From: Arenicellales bacterium
GTDB lineage: Bacteria > Pseudomonadota > Gammaproteobacteria > Arenicellales > JAJDZL01
DNA: 64,000 nucleotides
Reading direction: 5' to 3'
NCBI GenBank assembly: GCA_965116205.1
Contig: OZ220493.1
Location: 2,165,072 to 2,229,071, forward strand
Under the pieces are notes generated by a model that had not been told where the DNA came from, searched no databases, and was given only the letters and a program-made list of their open reading frames with translations. The first letter of the stretch is position 1, and the number at the start of each line of letters is the position of its first letter. The translations under genes and the position numbers were made by a program. This document shows positions 10,136 to 18,798 of this stretch, one piece after another.

Positions 10136-10507
10136 GGCGTCGTTAATTGACGGGCATCATTCATTTTAATTTCATACAACCAGACTGCTTAAAAATAATC
10201 GTTGTATTTGGTCTCAGGATGGGAAATGTCAACTCATTGCAGTGTTTAGATTGAGTTGAAACTTACCATCGAAAAAGTTCTAAAAGTCAGCATCTAGTTC
10301 TAATAGAGCGATAGAAATCTTGATATGTGGCCGACACTCATAGGTGTTGCTACCGTATATCGTGAACAAGTAACTCGGTTGCCCATATCGCTCATACAAC
10401 GATGCGGCGATGTTACAAGATGACGCGCACCAATGTCTTATGTATCAATATTGCAGTTTCTCGTGTTGAATGGACTGCGCGACTAACCAGCGATTGCCTA
10501 ATTGGCT

Positions 10508-11818
10508 TTAGAGTTCGACTTGTTTTGAATCCGTGTGTCGATTTTTGTTAGGTAATTCCAGCAGGTATTGCATGAACGATGGAATTGGAATGGTTATTGC
10601 ATCAACCGCTCTGTGAATCAATCCAGAACGGATCATCTCCTGAATGAACTCCTGCGGTTTCATATCCTCTGGCATAACTTCTGAATGGTCCAGCTCTTCC
10701 TGCCATAGCTTATCCCGAAGCATTCTTATCAGTTCATCATAATGACAACCATCAATGCCGATAGTGCTTGCCACCTGTGCAAGTAGACGCGTGTGTGTAC
10801 CGACGAGTGAACTTTGCAGTCTATCACAATAGTAAGCCTGCCGTTTTGCATCACCGTGTGCTTGAATCAAGTCTCTGTTCACCTCGCTGAGATTACCTCT
10901 AGTGACGACCAACTCACCAGCCAATGCACGCATGTAGTGGCGCAAGTGTTGCGGCCAACCACCTGACAGTTCGGCAATCCAGCTGGCAATGTCTTCGACC
11001 TCCTTGCCGGTGACATAATGTTCCTTGAGCATAAGTTTCACGGATTCGGCAGCCTCTTCCGGTTGCAAAGGTGCCAAGTTTTGTACATGATCAATGTTGC
11101 CGGTAGCAAAGCGCGACACACCTGCTTCCTTCAAACGCTCTCGCGACCAAGCCAGCCCGGCCAGCAGCAGTATGATTGGAACACCCCGGATACCTGCATG
11201 CAAGTCTCGAATCAATCGGTCAGCGTCAGATTCCATCGACTGAATCTCATCCAGCATCAGAACAATCGGGCGCGGTTTGGTGGTCTGGCGTTTTCCGAAT
11301 GAAAGAATATGCCTTAGCCATGGAAATTTGGGGCGGTCATACAGTTTTCGCAAGTCGGTAAGAGTCAGCGATCCGCGTTGCACCGAATTTGAAGTTGTGC
11401 GGGTGAAAGTGACCTTGGTGTCAACGCCAGCGGAACGTGAGACGGTGTGGGATGTCATCAGTAAGTCGGCGCCTTTCGACAGCACCGCATTCGCAATGTG
11501 CGCGGTGAGCAGATTTCTATCATGCATTTCGCCAAGTACTCCTTCAACAACGACTGGACCGTCGTCCGCAATCCAACGGTCGCGCAAGTACCACTGCAAA
11601 GTAGTCTTGCCGGCACCGGGCGCACCTTGTATCAACCAAGTGCTCTGTTTCGGGTGCACATCCGCGATGGGCAATTGATCAATCTGTTCGCGCAACCGGT
11701 CCACGGTCGCCTCAATCGCTGAGATAAGCTCCTGGCGCCCAGCAAAGAACCGGGGTGAGTTCTTGTCGTCCTCATGGAAAAAATCTCTAAGTCCTTTGAT
11801 GTCCGGATCCCGTGTCAT
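10508..11818 (-). CDS. P-loop NTPase of the ORC/Cdc6-like / AAA_16 / Arch_ATPase (STAND-like) type with a probable C-terminal winged helix; function unknown
   Basis: 436 aa. Motifs: N-terminal FFAGRQELISAIE (F-x-GR-x-EL), Walker A GAPGAGKTT, Walker B IVLMLDEIQ. The C-terminal part (SGLIHRAVDAITIPIPSFMQYLL) looks like a wHTH. I recognised no effector domain. A strong SD (GGAGGTG) precedes the ATG. Confidence 0.6.
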   Translation of the reverse strand: MTRDPDIKGLRDFFHEDDKNSPRFFAGRQELISAIEATVDRLREQIDQLPIADVHPKQSTWLIQGAPGAGKTTLQWYLRDRWIADDGPVVVEGVLGEMHDRNLLTAHIANAVLSKGADLLMTSHTVSRSAGVDTKVTFTRTTSNSVQRGSLTLTDLRKLYDRPKFPWLRHILSFGKRQTTKPRPIVLMLDEIQSMESDADRLIRDLHAGIRGVPIILLLAGLAWSRERLKEAGVSRFATGNIDHVQNLAPLQPEEAAESVKLMLKEHYVTGKEVEDIASWIAELSGGWPQHLRHYMRALAGELVVTRGNLSEVNRDLIQAHGDAKRQAYYCDRLQSSLVGTHTRLLAQVASTIGIDGCHYDELIRMLRDKLWQEELDHSEVMPEDMKPQEFIQEMIRSGLIHRAVDAITIPIPSFMQYLLELPNKNRHTDSKQVEL

Positions 11819-12351
11819 GCCACCTCCTGCTCAGCGTTTACTCCTCCTATTATGCCACGTCTAACTGTTTGTAACGGGCGTGGCGCAAGAGAGCAGTGAA
11901 GCAAAAGTCTTGAGGTATTTTTCATTGTACGGCACCGCAACAAGTGCGGTGACCCAAGTCCGCGCGACTTCGGCGAGGTTGGACATCAAGCTATGCTCAC
12001 TACGTCCACAAGAATAGCGCAAATCGCCACGCCCAAAGAGTGAAATTGATGATCCAGTTAAATGATTAGAGAGTGGTTCGTCAGCCGTCATATTTTTAGT
12101 ACACAACTCACCACATGGTAAAATTCGGATTAATCACCACATAAAAAGTCTTCCAATCACAAATATGTGGAACTCAATTGCAAGAGAAGGCAAAAAATAT
12201 TCTAAAATTGCTACTGTTTGTTGATCATTCACACGAGGTGCTACCTTGACCTGCAGAGCGATGGCTGTACATGTCATCAATTGGTAGTAATCTACTAGCA
12301 GTTGGTACGACCATTTCAAGCTGACAAAAACTACAATGAGAAACATTTATC

Positions 12352-12636
12352 ATGATCAGAACTGTTAGACAGGCATGCCAATTTAATCCTGTCATTTGGG
12401 ATTACCGAGCGGCAGGAGGTATTGAAAACCTAGCTGATCTGATTAACGATCAGGGCGATGGTCGAGAATTCTTCTCTAGAAATTATGTTACGCATGGCAT
12501 GGAGCACATCTTCCGAGAGGGCATGCTACGACTCTCTAGCAAGTCAGACCAAGCGGTTTATTCTCCCTTGTCTGATATAAGTCACTGCATTGATCAAATT
12601 CTTCAATTCCTACCATTCAGAACTCCAACCTGGTAG
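12352..12636 (+). pseudogene. truncated 5' fragment of a DUF499/BrxC(PglY)-like ATPase gene
   Basis: The 94-aa ORF contains GREFFSRNYVTHGMEHIFREGMLRLSSKSDQAV. This matches my recollection of the conserved segment just upstream of the P-loop in DUF499 ATPases (eFF..TY.T.Gl..LL......RL.G....v..L...FGGGKTH). Similarity stops before any P-loop, and the ORF runs into the 3' end of the convergent methyltransferase gene. The family call is from memory. Confidence 0.4.
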
Positions 12637-13983
12637 TCCAAGTCCTGAAATGTTCGTTGAAGGATTTTTCACGAATACCAAACACCAGTCGTGTTTTAAA
12701 GCACCTTTACGGCAATCTTGCACGACTGACCTGGCGGAATACTCAGCATAAAATTTCCCTATATATGACAGCGTATTTTCTTCACTTTTATCTAGTCTCT
12801 GAATTAATTCCCAAAATGTCGGATCAGTTGTGTTGTACATCAGGACGAGTTTTCCATTGTCTTTCAATATTCTGGCACATTCGTTCATAAAGTTCCTGAG
12901 CTTGTTAAAAAAGTCTTCACTATTTTTCTTTCGAGCTGGTGCGTCAGAAATAACCCATTCGTTTCCATAATCTGCACTTTTTTCAAGAACTGAATTCCAC
13001 ATCGCCGACAGTTCCAAATATGGTATTCTGTCGTTGTGTGGTGGGTCAGTGATGACTAGGTCGACAACATTATCGGACATCTCCTTCATCAATCTGAACC
13101 CGTCACTCTCCATCAGCTTTACTGCGGGAGTAGTTTTCACCGGGTTGAATAAGTCTCCTGAAAAATCATTATCAATCAAGGCTTTAATAAGTTTGTTCGC
13201 TCGACCTTCAAAAACGCGCCATGCGTTTACTTCAATATTGAGTTTGGGTCGCCAATACCCAATTACCCAACTACCGACTTCGTATTTTCTTTTGTCACAG
13301 GCCGAGTTCGACTGATTTCGTCTTTTTATGGCGAAAACCATTTTTGACATCTGTCCCAAACTACTAGTCAAAATATAGTTGCCGACCCATTGTTGTTTGG
13401 CGTCTAGATCGGCAATTGCATTTTTCAGTACTTTAATTGCGACTATCGCTCGCGGTGTAAATAACGCGGCTATCGTTTGATTTTTCTCAACGTTTATTCT
13501 GGAATTTTCAAACAGCTTGTGTTCAAAAAAGGGAACTGAGTCTGTGTCGAAAGATTTTTCATCATCCCACAGTTCAATGTCACCAAGTCGAAGCTTATTT
13601 CCATTAGCAATCCAAAGTTCTTCAGGTTTATTCATTGTTCGGATGATGTGCGTGACTTCATTGCCCTCCAAGTCGAGATAAAGTTCTTTAATGTTCTTTT
13701 CCGCGTGGCATCTGATTCTATTGAAAACATCCTGCGCAAATGCTGCGGAAGGTGGATTGGTGAACATCCGGGCAATGGATAGCGCCACTGGGTTTATATC
13801 ACTGCCAATGAAATTTCTGCCTTTATCGAAGCAGACTCTTGCTAAAACTCCAGATCCCATAAACGGGTCCACCACCAAGTCCTCCGGTAGTGACAGCGCA
13901 TCGATTATTTTGGAACAGAGTTCAGGGGGTTTTTTACCCCAATATTTATGAGTGGCGAAAATACCTTTGTAGCCAGAATTCAT
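12610..13983 (-). CDS. DNA amino-methyltransferase (N6-adenine or N4-cytosine), alpha-class motif order; no partner endonuclease recognised
   Basis: 457 aa. Motif X-I lies at the N-terminus (HKYWGKKPPEL...VVDPFMGSGV, D39-G45). Motif IV is ITDPPH (D313-H316), about 270 aa later, which gives the order I-TRD-IV. The gene is AT-rich; one 60-nt line (13321-13380) hand-counts to 19 G+C. Confidence 0.8.
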   Translation of the reverse strand: MNSGYKGIFATHKYWGKKPPELCSKIIDALSLPEDLVVDPFMGSGVLARVCFDKGRNFIGSDINPVALSIARMFTNPPSAAFAQDVFNRIRCHAEKNIKELYLDLEGNEVTHIIRTMNKPEELWIANGNKLRLGDIELWDDEKSFDTDSVPFFEHKLFENSRINVEKNQTIAALFTPRAIVAIKVLKNAIADLDAKQQWVGNYILTSSLGQMSKMVFAIKRRNQSNSACDKRKYEVGSWVIGYWRPKLNIEVNAWRVFEGRANKLIKALIDNDFSGDLFNPVKTTPAVKLMESDGFRLMKEMSDNVVDLVITDPPHNDRIPYLELSAMWNSVLEKSADYGNEWVISDAPARKKNSEDFFNKLRNFMNECARILKDNGKLVLMYNTTDPTFWELIQRLDKSEENTLSYIGKFYAEYSARSVVQDCRKGALKHDWCLVFVKNPSTNISGLGLPGWSSEW

Positions 13984-14306
13984 CAGTCGTCACTGTACGC
14001 ATCTATGCACATTTTTTTGCGGTTTATTCAATCTGAAAACCAGTCACAGGAATGTTTCTGTTCAAAATAGGTTGGTAAAATCGCATCTTATTTCACACAT
14101 TGTGATTCGATCTAATCTGTTAACTCGAATTGTTGACTGGGTGTTTGCGTACCCGTGATGCGAAGACGTGAACCGGTGGCAATTAAACCCGTTTCCGCAG
14201 TTCAAGGTTATCAGGTAGGGTTAACTCATCCAGCCGGGGTTGAATGTGTTCGCCATTCAGGAAAAGTTTCTATTCACAGAATCAACTTTCCTGATTGGCG
14301 ATTATA

Positions 14307-14335
14307 TTTACCTTGACCATTTTGAGTGGTAAAAT
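14307..14335 (+). promoter_or_regulatory. candidate sigma70 promoter for frmA-frmB
   Basis: TTTACC (14307-14312), a 17-nt spacer, then TAAAAT (14330-14335), about 65 nt upstream of the start codon. Confidence 0.3.
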
Positions 14336-14401
14336 CAACGGTTAGCAGAAAATCTCTATAATCCGTTACCATCACAACAACATAACATCGGGAGTTTGAA
14401 A

Positions 14402-15514
14402 GTGCAAACTGTAGCAGCTGTCGCCTATGAAGCAGGCAAACCTCTGGAAATCGAAACGGTCGAACTGGACGGTCCGAAAGCCGGGGAAGTGCTGGTGGAA
14501 ATCAAAGCCACCGGCGTTTGTCACACCGACGAATTCACTCGTTCAGGTGCCGACCCGGAAGGTGTTTTTCCAGCTATTTTGGGACACGAAGGTGCCGGTG
14601 TGGTCGTTGACGTAGGCACCGGTGTAACCAGCGTGAAAAAGGGTGATCATGTGATCCCTCTCTATACGCCGGAATGCCGCCAATGTGACTACTGTACCAG
14701 CGGCAAAACCAACCTTTGCCAAGCGATTCGGGAAACGCAAGGTCAAGGCATCATGCCGGATGGTACCAGTCGATTCTCAATGGGTGGTAAGCCAATATTC
14801 CACTACATGGGTACATCAACCTTTGCTAATTTTACCGTCGTGCCGGAAATTGCCGTTGCGAAGATCCGCGAAGATGCACCATTTGACAAGGTTTGTTACA
14901 TCGGTTGCGGCGTGACTACCGGCATCGGTGCAGTGATCAATACTGCCAAGGTACAACCGGGGGACAATGTGGTGGTGTTTGGTTTAGGCGGTATCGGTCT
15001 GAACGTGATCCAAGGGGCGAGAATTGCCGGCGCTGATATGATCGTTGGCGTTGATATTAATCCGGCGCGCGAAGAACTAGCGACAAATTTTGGTATGACT
15101 CATTTTGTCAACCCCAATGAAGTGGAAGATGAATTGGCCCCCTATCTGGTGTCACTCACCGGCGGTGGCGCCGATTTCAGTTTCGAGTGTGTCGGGAATG
15201 TCGATCTGATGCGCGCCGCACTGGAATGCTGTCACAAAGGTTGGGGTGAGAGCATCATCATCGGGGTAGCGGGTGCCGGCCAGGAAATCAGTACTCGACC
15301 TTTCCAGCTGGTCACCGGACGCGTTTGGCGTGGTACGGCATTTGGTGGCGCACGGGGCCGTACTGACGTTCCCAAAATTGTCGATTGGTACATGGATGGC
15401 AAAATTAACATTGATGATCTGATCACTCATAAAATGCCATTGCCGCAGATCAATGACGCATTTGAATTGATGCATGCTGGTAAATCCATTCGCAGTGTTG
15501 TTGAATTCGCATGA
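14402..15514 (+). CDS. frmA: S-(hydroxymethyl)glutathione dehydrogenase / class III alcohol dehydrogenase
   Basis: Zn-ADH motifs GVCHTD and GHEGAGVV are present, and the protein is near-colinear with my memory of E. coli FrmA ([23 protein letters not shown]; [16 protein letters not shown]). I placed the start at GTG 14402, with GGGAG 7 nt upstream. The ORF-track TTG 14396 is only 1 nt from that SD. Confidence 0.93.
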   Translation: MQTVAAVAYEAGKPLEIETVELDGPKAGEVLVEIKATGVCHTDEFTRSGADPEGVFPAILGHEGAGVVVDVGTGVTSVKKGDHVIPLYTPECRQCDYCTSGKTNLCQAIRETQGQGIMPDGTSRFSMGGKPIFHYMGTSTFANFTVVPEIAVAKIREDAPFDKVCYIGCGVTTGIGAVINTAKVQPGDNVVVFGLGGIGLNVIQGARIAGADMIVGVDINPAREELATNFGMTHFVNPNEVEDELAPYLVSLTGGGADFSFECVGNVDLMRAALECCHKGWGESIIIGVAGAGQEISTRPFQLVTGRVWRGTAFGGARGRTDVPKIVDWYMDGKINIDDLITHKMPLPQINDAFELMHAGKSIRSVVEFA

Positions 15515-16359
15515 CTGACCGGTTAAATACACTCAGTGAACATCGCACGTTTGGTGGTGTTCAGGGGTTTTACAGCCATGATTCAGCGTGCACCCGCACG
15601 CCGATGAAGTTTTCCATTTTCTTACCACCGGCTGCGACCAATAAGAAATGTAAAACCCTGTGGTATCTGTCAGGCTTGACGTGTACAGAGGAAAATTTTA
15701 CAGTGAAAGCCGGCGCCCAGCAGTTTGCCGCGCAGCACGACTTGATTCTTGTTGCACCGGATACCAGTCCTCGTGGTGCCGATGTTGTTGGTGAGGATGA
15801 AAGTTATGATTTTGGTACCGGCGCTGGGTTTTATGTAGATGCCACGGCGCCGCCTTGGTCAAGTAACTATCAGATGTATTCTTATATCACTCGCGAACTA
15901 CTGGAACTGGTGGTTGACAGTTTTCCGGTGGATGGTGACCGACAGGGGATTACCGGCCACTCCATGGGTGGGCATGGCGCGTTGATCATGGGTTTGAGAA
16001 ATCCAGATCTTTTCCGTTCAGTGTCGGCGTTTGCTCCCATTTGTGCACCATCTCAGTGCCCTTGGGGACAGAAAGCGCTAAGTGGATATTTGGGTGCAGA
16101 TGAACTTTTATGGCGGGACTACGACGCAACAGAACTCATCCGGCGCGGGTATACCTGTCGAGAGATACTGATTGACCAGGGCACCGCTGATGGTTTTCTG
16201 CACGAACAGCTCAAACCACAGGTCTTTTCTGAAGTTTGCGAATCCATGGGTCAATCGCTGTCACTACGCATGCAGACTGGTTACGATCACAGTTATTTTT
16301 TTATCGCTAGTTTCATTAAAGAGCACATTCAGTTTCATGTGCGAATGTTGGATGAATAA
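15511..16359 (+). CDS. frmB: S-formylglutathione hydrolase (esterase D family)
   Basis: 282 aa with the nucleophile elbow [11 protein letters not shown] typical C-terminal GYDHSYFFI is present. It overlaps frmA by 4 nt (ATGA). Confidence 0.92.
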   Translation: MTDRLNTLSEHRTFGGVQGFYSHDSACTRTPMKFSIFLPPAATNKKCKTLWYLSGLTCTEENFTVKAGAQQFAAQHDLILVAPDTSPRGADVVGEDESYDFGTGAGFYVDATAPPWSSNYQMYSYITRELLELVVDSFPVDGDRQGITGHSMGGHGALIMGLRNPDLFRSVSAFAPICAPSQCPWGQKALSGYLGADELLWRDYDATELIRRGYTCREILIDQGTADGFLHEQLKPQVFSEVCESMGQSLSLRMQTGYDHSYFFIASFIKEHIQFHVRMLDE

Positions 16360-16601
16360 TCGTCTGAACCAGATTCATTTGATCGTCTTAGCACAACTAT
16401 TTGGAATGTGAGATGCTATCCTTTGGCGCACTAATCACTCAAATAAAAATAAAAATATTCACTAGAAAAATTCATTTGAACATAAAATGAGAAATTAATA
16501 CATGCCGTATGAAAAGCAAAATTCATACGTTGTGAAAGTGAAGGCCGGCTTTTCGGCTAGTCAGATTATGACCAATATCAACAAGGAACAGGAGTTCTAA
16601 G

Positions 16602-17555
16602 ATGAATTTACTAAAACGCGCAATAGTAGTCTGTACGGCGGCGTTCGCGATGACTGGTACCGTCCAAGCGGCGGATGTTGTCATTGGCGCCCCTAATTGG
16701 ACCTCAGTACAAGCCACTGCCCACGTTCTGAAATTAGTTCTGGAAGACAATCTCGGTCTTGAAGTTGAAGTTCAGAACGGTACCAATCCGGTGGTCTTCG
16801 AAGCCATGGATAAAGGTAGTATGCATGTGCACCCTGAGGTATGGCTACCCAATCAGGACAATCTTCATAACACCTATGTGAAAGAAAAAGGCACGGTGGT
16901 AATGAATCCGCATGGGGTAACTTCCTTTCAGGGCATCTGTGTGCCTCAACACACCGCCGACATGTTGGGGGTAGCAAAAATCACTGATCTGACTGATCCG
17001 GCAATCGCCGCACAGTTTGATTCGAATGGCGATAGCCGAGGTGAAATTTGGATTGGTGCCACCGGTTGGGCTTCCACCAATGTCGAAAAAATTCGCGCCA
17101 AGAGTTACGGTTATGACCAGACTCTGGAACTGACTGAGATGGATGAAACTCTCGCACTCGCTAATCTGGATGCGGCGATTCAGCAGAAAAAACCATTCGT
17201 ATTCTTCTGCTACACACCACATCACATGTTCAGTATGCACGATTTGGTGGTGTTGGAAGAACCAGCACATGATCCGGCAAAATGGGTTGTACATCAGCCG
17301 ACCGACGATCCGAACTGGCTAGAAAACTCAATGGCTGGAGTGGCTTGGAAAGATGCCAAACTGCATATTCACTATGCCAAAGCTCTGGAAGAGAGCCAAC
17401 CGGAAGCGGCCGCCGTGCTCGCTAAAGTGAAACTAAACACCAAACAGGTCAGTGACCTGGTTACCAGCGCGCAGTCCGGCGGCATGAGTCTTGAAGACGT
17501 GGCCATGCAATGGGTTGCTGCGAATGGTGATGTGGTGGATGAGTGGTTGCGTTAA
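16602..17555 (+). CDS. glycine betaine/quaternary-amine ABC transporter substrate-binding protein (OpuAC/ProX-like)
   Basis: 317 aa with a signal peptide (MNLLKRAIVVCTAAFAMTGTVQA). It resembles OpuAC-type binding proteins and is followed by ProV/ProW-type genes. Confidence 0.75.
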   Translation: MNLLKRAIVVCTAAFAMTGTVQAADVVIGAPNWTSVQATAHVLKLVLEDNLGLEVEVQNGTNPVVFEAMDKGSMHVHPEVWLPNQDNLHNTYVKEKGTVVMNPHGVTSFQGICVPQHTADMLGVAKITDLTDPAIAAQFDSNGDSRGEIWIGATGWASTNVEKIRAKSYGYDQTLELTEMDETLALANLDAAIQQKKPFVFFCYTPHHMFSMHDLVVLEEPAHDPAKWVVHQPTDDPNWLENSMAGVAWKDAKLHIHYAKALEESQPEAAAVLAKVKLNTKQVSDLVTSAQSGGMSLEDVAMQWVAANGDVVDEWLR

Positions 17556-17610
17556 ATGCTGGAAGATCATGATCAAATGTTCAATTTGATGGGTGATTGA
17601 AATGACGAAG

Positions 17611-17648
17611 CGGTGCAATGTAGGTGGTATGTTGCACCGTTTTTTTTT
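17611..17648 (+). terminator. intrinsic terminator/attenuator after the binding-protein gene
   Basis: CGGTGCAA (17611-17618) pairs with TTGCACCG (17632-17639) and is followed by a run of 9 T. Confidence 0.7.
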
Positions 17649-17715
17649 GAATGATTGAAAGAATAAGATGTAACAACAGTGGTCGGCCACCTAAAATCCG
17701 CTTTGTGATCTGAAA

Positions 17716-18798
17716 ATGAAAATAGCTAGTGAGCATGTTATGAAAGACACTGAAAGAGATGTGGTAATTGAACTGAAACATGCGTGGAAGATATTCGGTG
17801 AACGGGCCGACGAAGCCATGCAGGCTGTGCAGACTGATGGTGTTGGTAAGTCTGAGGTGCTCGAGCAGTATGGAGCGGTGGTCGGCATCGCCGATTGCAG
17901 TTTCACAGTTCGCCGTGGTGAGATATTCTGCATTATGGGATTGTCGGGGAGTGGCAAGTCGACTTTGGTTCGTCATGTCAATCGACTGATTGAGCCAACT
18001 TCCGGCGAAATTTACCTGCTTGGTGAAGATGTGATGAAACTCTCATCAACAGCCCTTCGCGAGATGCGTGCCAAGCGCATCGGTATGGTCTTCCAACACA
18101 TGGCGCTGTTGCCGCATCGCTCGGTGCGGGACAATGTGGCGTACCCGCTGGAAATTCGAGGTGAATCGAAAGCCCGGCGTTGGGATGTTTCGCAACATTC
18201 ATTATCGCTGGTGGGATTGGATGGTTTCGAAGATCGCTTTCCACGCGAACTGTCCGGCGGCATGCAGCAACGTGTCGGACTGGCTAGGGCACTAGCATCC
18301 GATCCGGATGTTCTGTTGATGGATGAACCATTCAGCGCCTTAGATCCTTTGATTCGTCGGCAACTACAGGATCAGTTTATGGCATTGTCAGAAAAGTTGC
18401 ATAAGACCACGCTGTTCATTACTCACGATTTGGATGAAGCCATCCGCTTAGGCACCCGGATTGCGATCATGAAAGATGGTCGAATCGTCCAGATCGGTAC
18501 GCCGGAGGAAATCGTTACCAATCCAGCCGACGACTACGTGCGTGATTTCGTTCAGAACATCTCAAAACTCAAACTGGTGTTCGCCCATACGATACAAACT
18601 CCGATCAGTGAATACCAACCGGCTGAAGGCGAAGATTTAAGTCAATCGCCACGGGTTTCTCAAGACGTTGATTTAGATCATCTCATTGATGTCGCGGTAA
18701 CCACCACACAACCAACTGTGACCACCAACGACAGTGGTGACGATGCGGGTGTCGTTTCTAAAGATCGGCTGCTACAGGGAATTCGGGATGGTAAGTAA
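17716..18798 (+). CDS. glycine betaine/proline ABC transporter ATP-binding protein (ProV-like)
   Basis: Walker A GLSGSGKST, signature LSGGMQQRVGLARAL, and Walker B LLMDEPFSALD. It is colinear with ProV, including IMKDGRIVQIGTPEEIVTNPADDYVRDF. ATG 17740 is an alternative start. Confidence 0.9.
   Translation: MKIASEHVMKDTERDVVIELKHAWKIFGERADEAMQAVQTDGVGKSEVLEQYGAVVGIADCSFTVRRGEIFCIMGLSGSGKSTLVRHVNRLIEPTSGEIYLLGEDVMKLSSTALREMRAKRIGMVFQHMALLPHRSVRDNVAYPLEIRGESKARRWDVSQHSLSLVGLDGFEDRFPRELSGGMQQRVGLARALASDPDVLLMDEPFSALDPLIRRQLQDQFMALSEKLHKTTLFITHDLDEAIRLGTRIAIMKDGRIVQIGTPEEIVTNPADDYVRDFVQNISKLKLVFAHTIQTPISEYQPAEGEDLSQSPRVSQDVDLDHLIDVAVTTTQPTVTTNDSGDDAGVVSKDRLLQGIRDGK

Noticed and set aside
11861-12346. 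Two small minus-strand ORFs (81 aa with a TTG start, and 70 aa) between the methyltransferase and the ATPase.
   Set aside because: They show no recognisable motifs, have weak or absent SD sequences and alternative start codons. They may be remnants of a degraded gene. They are mentioned in findings but not called as features.
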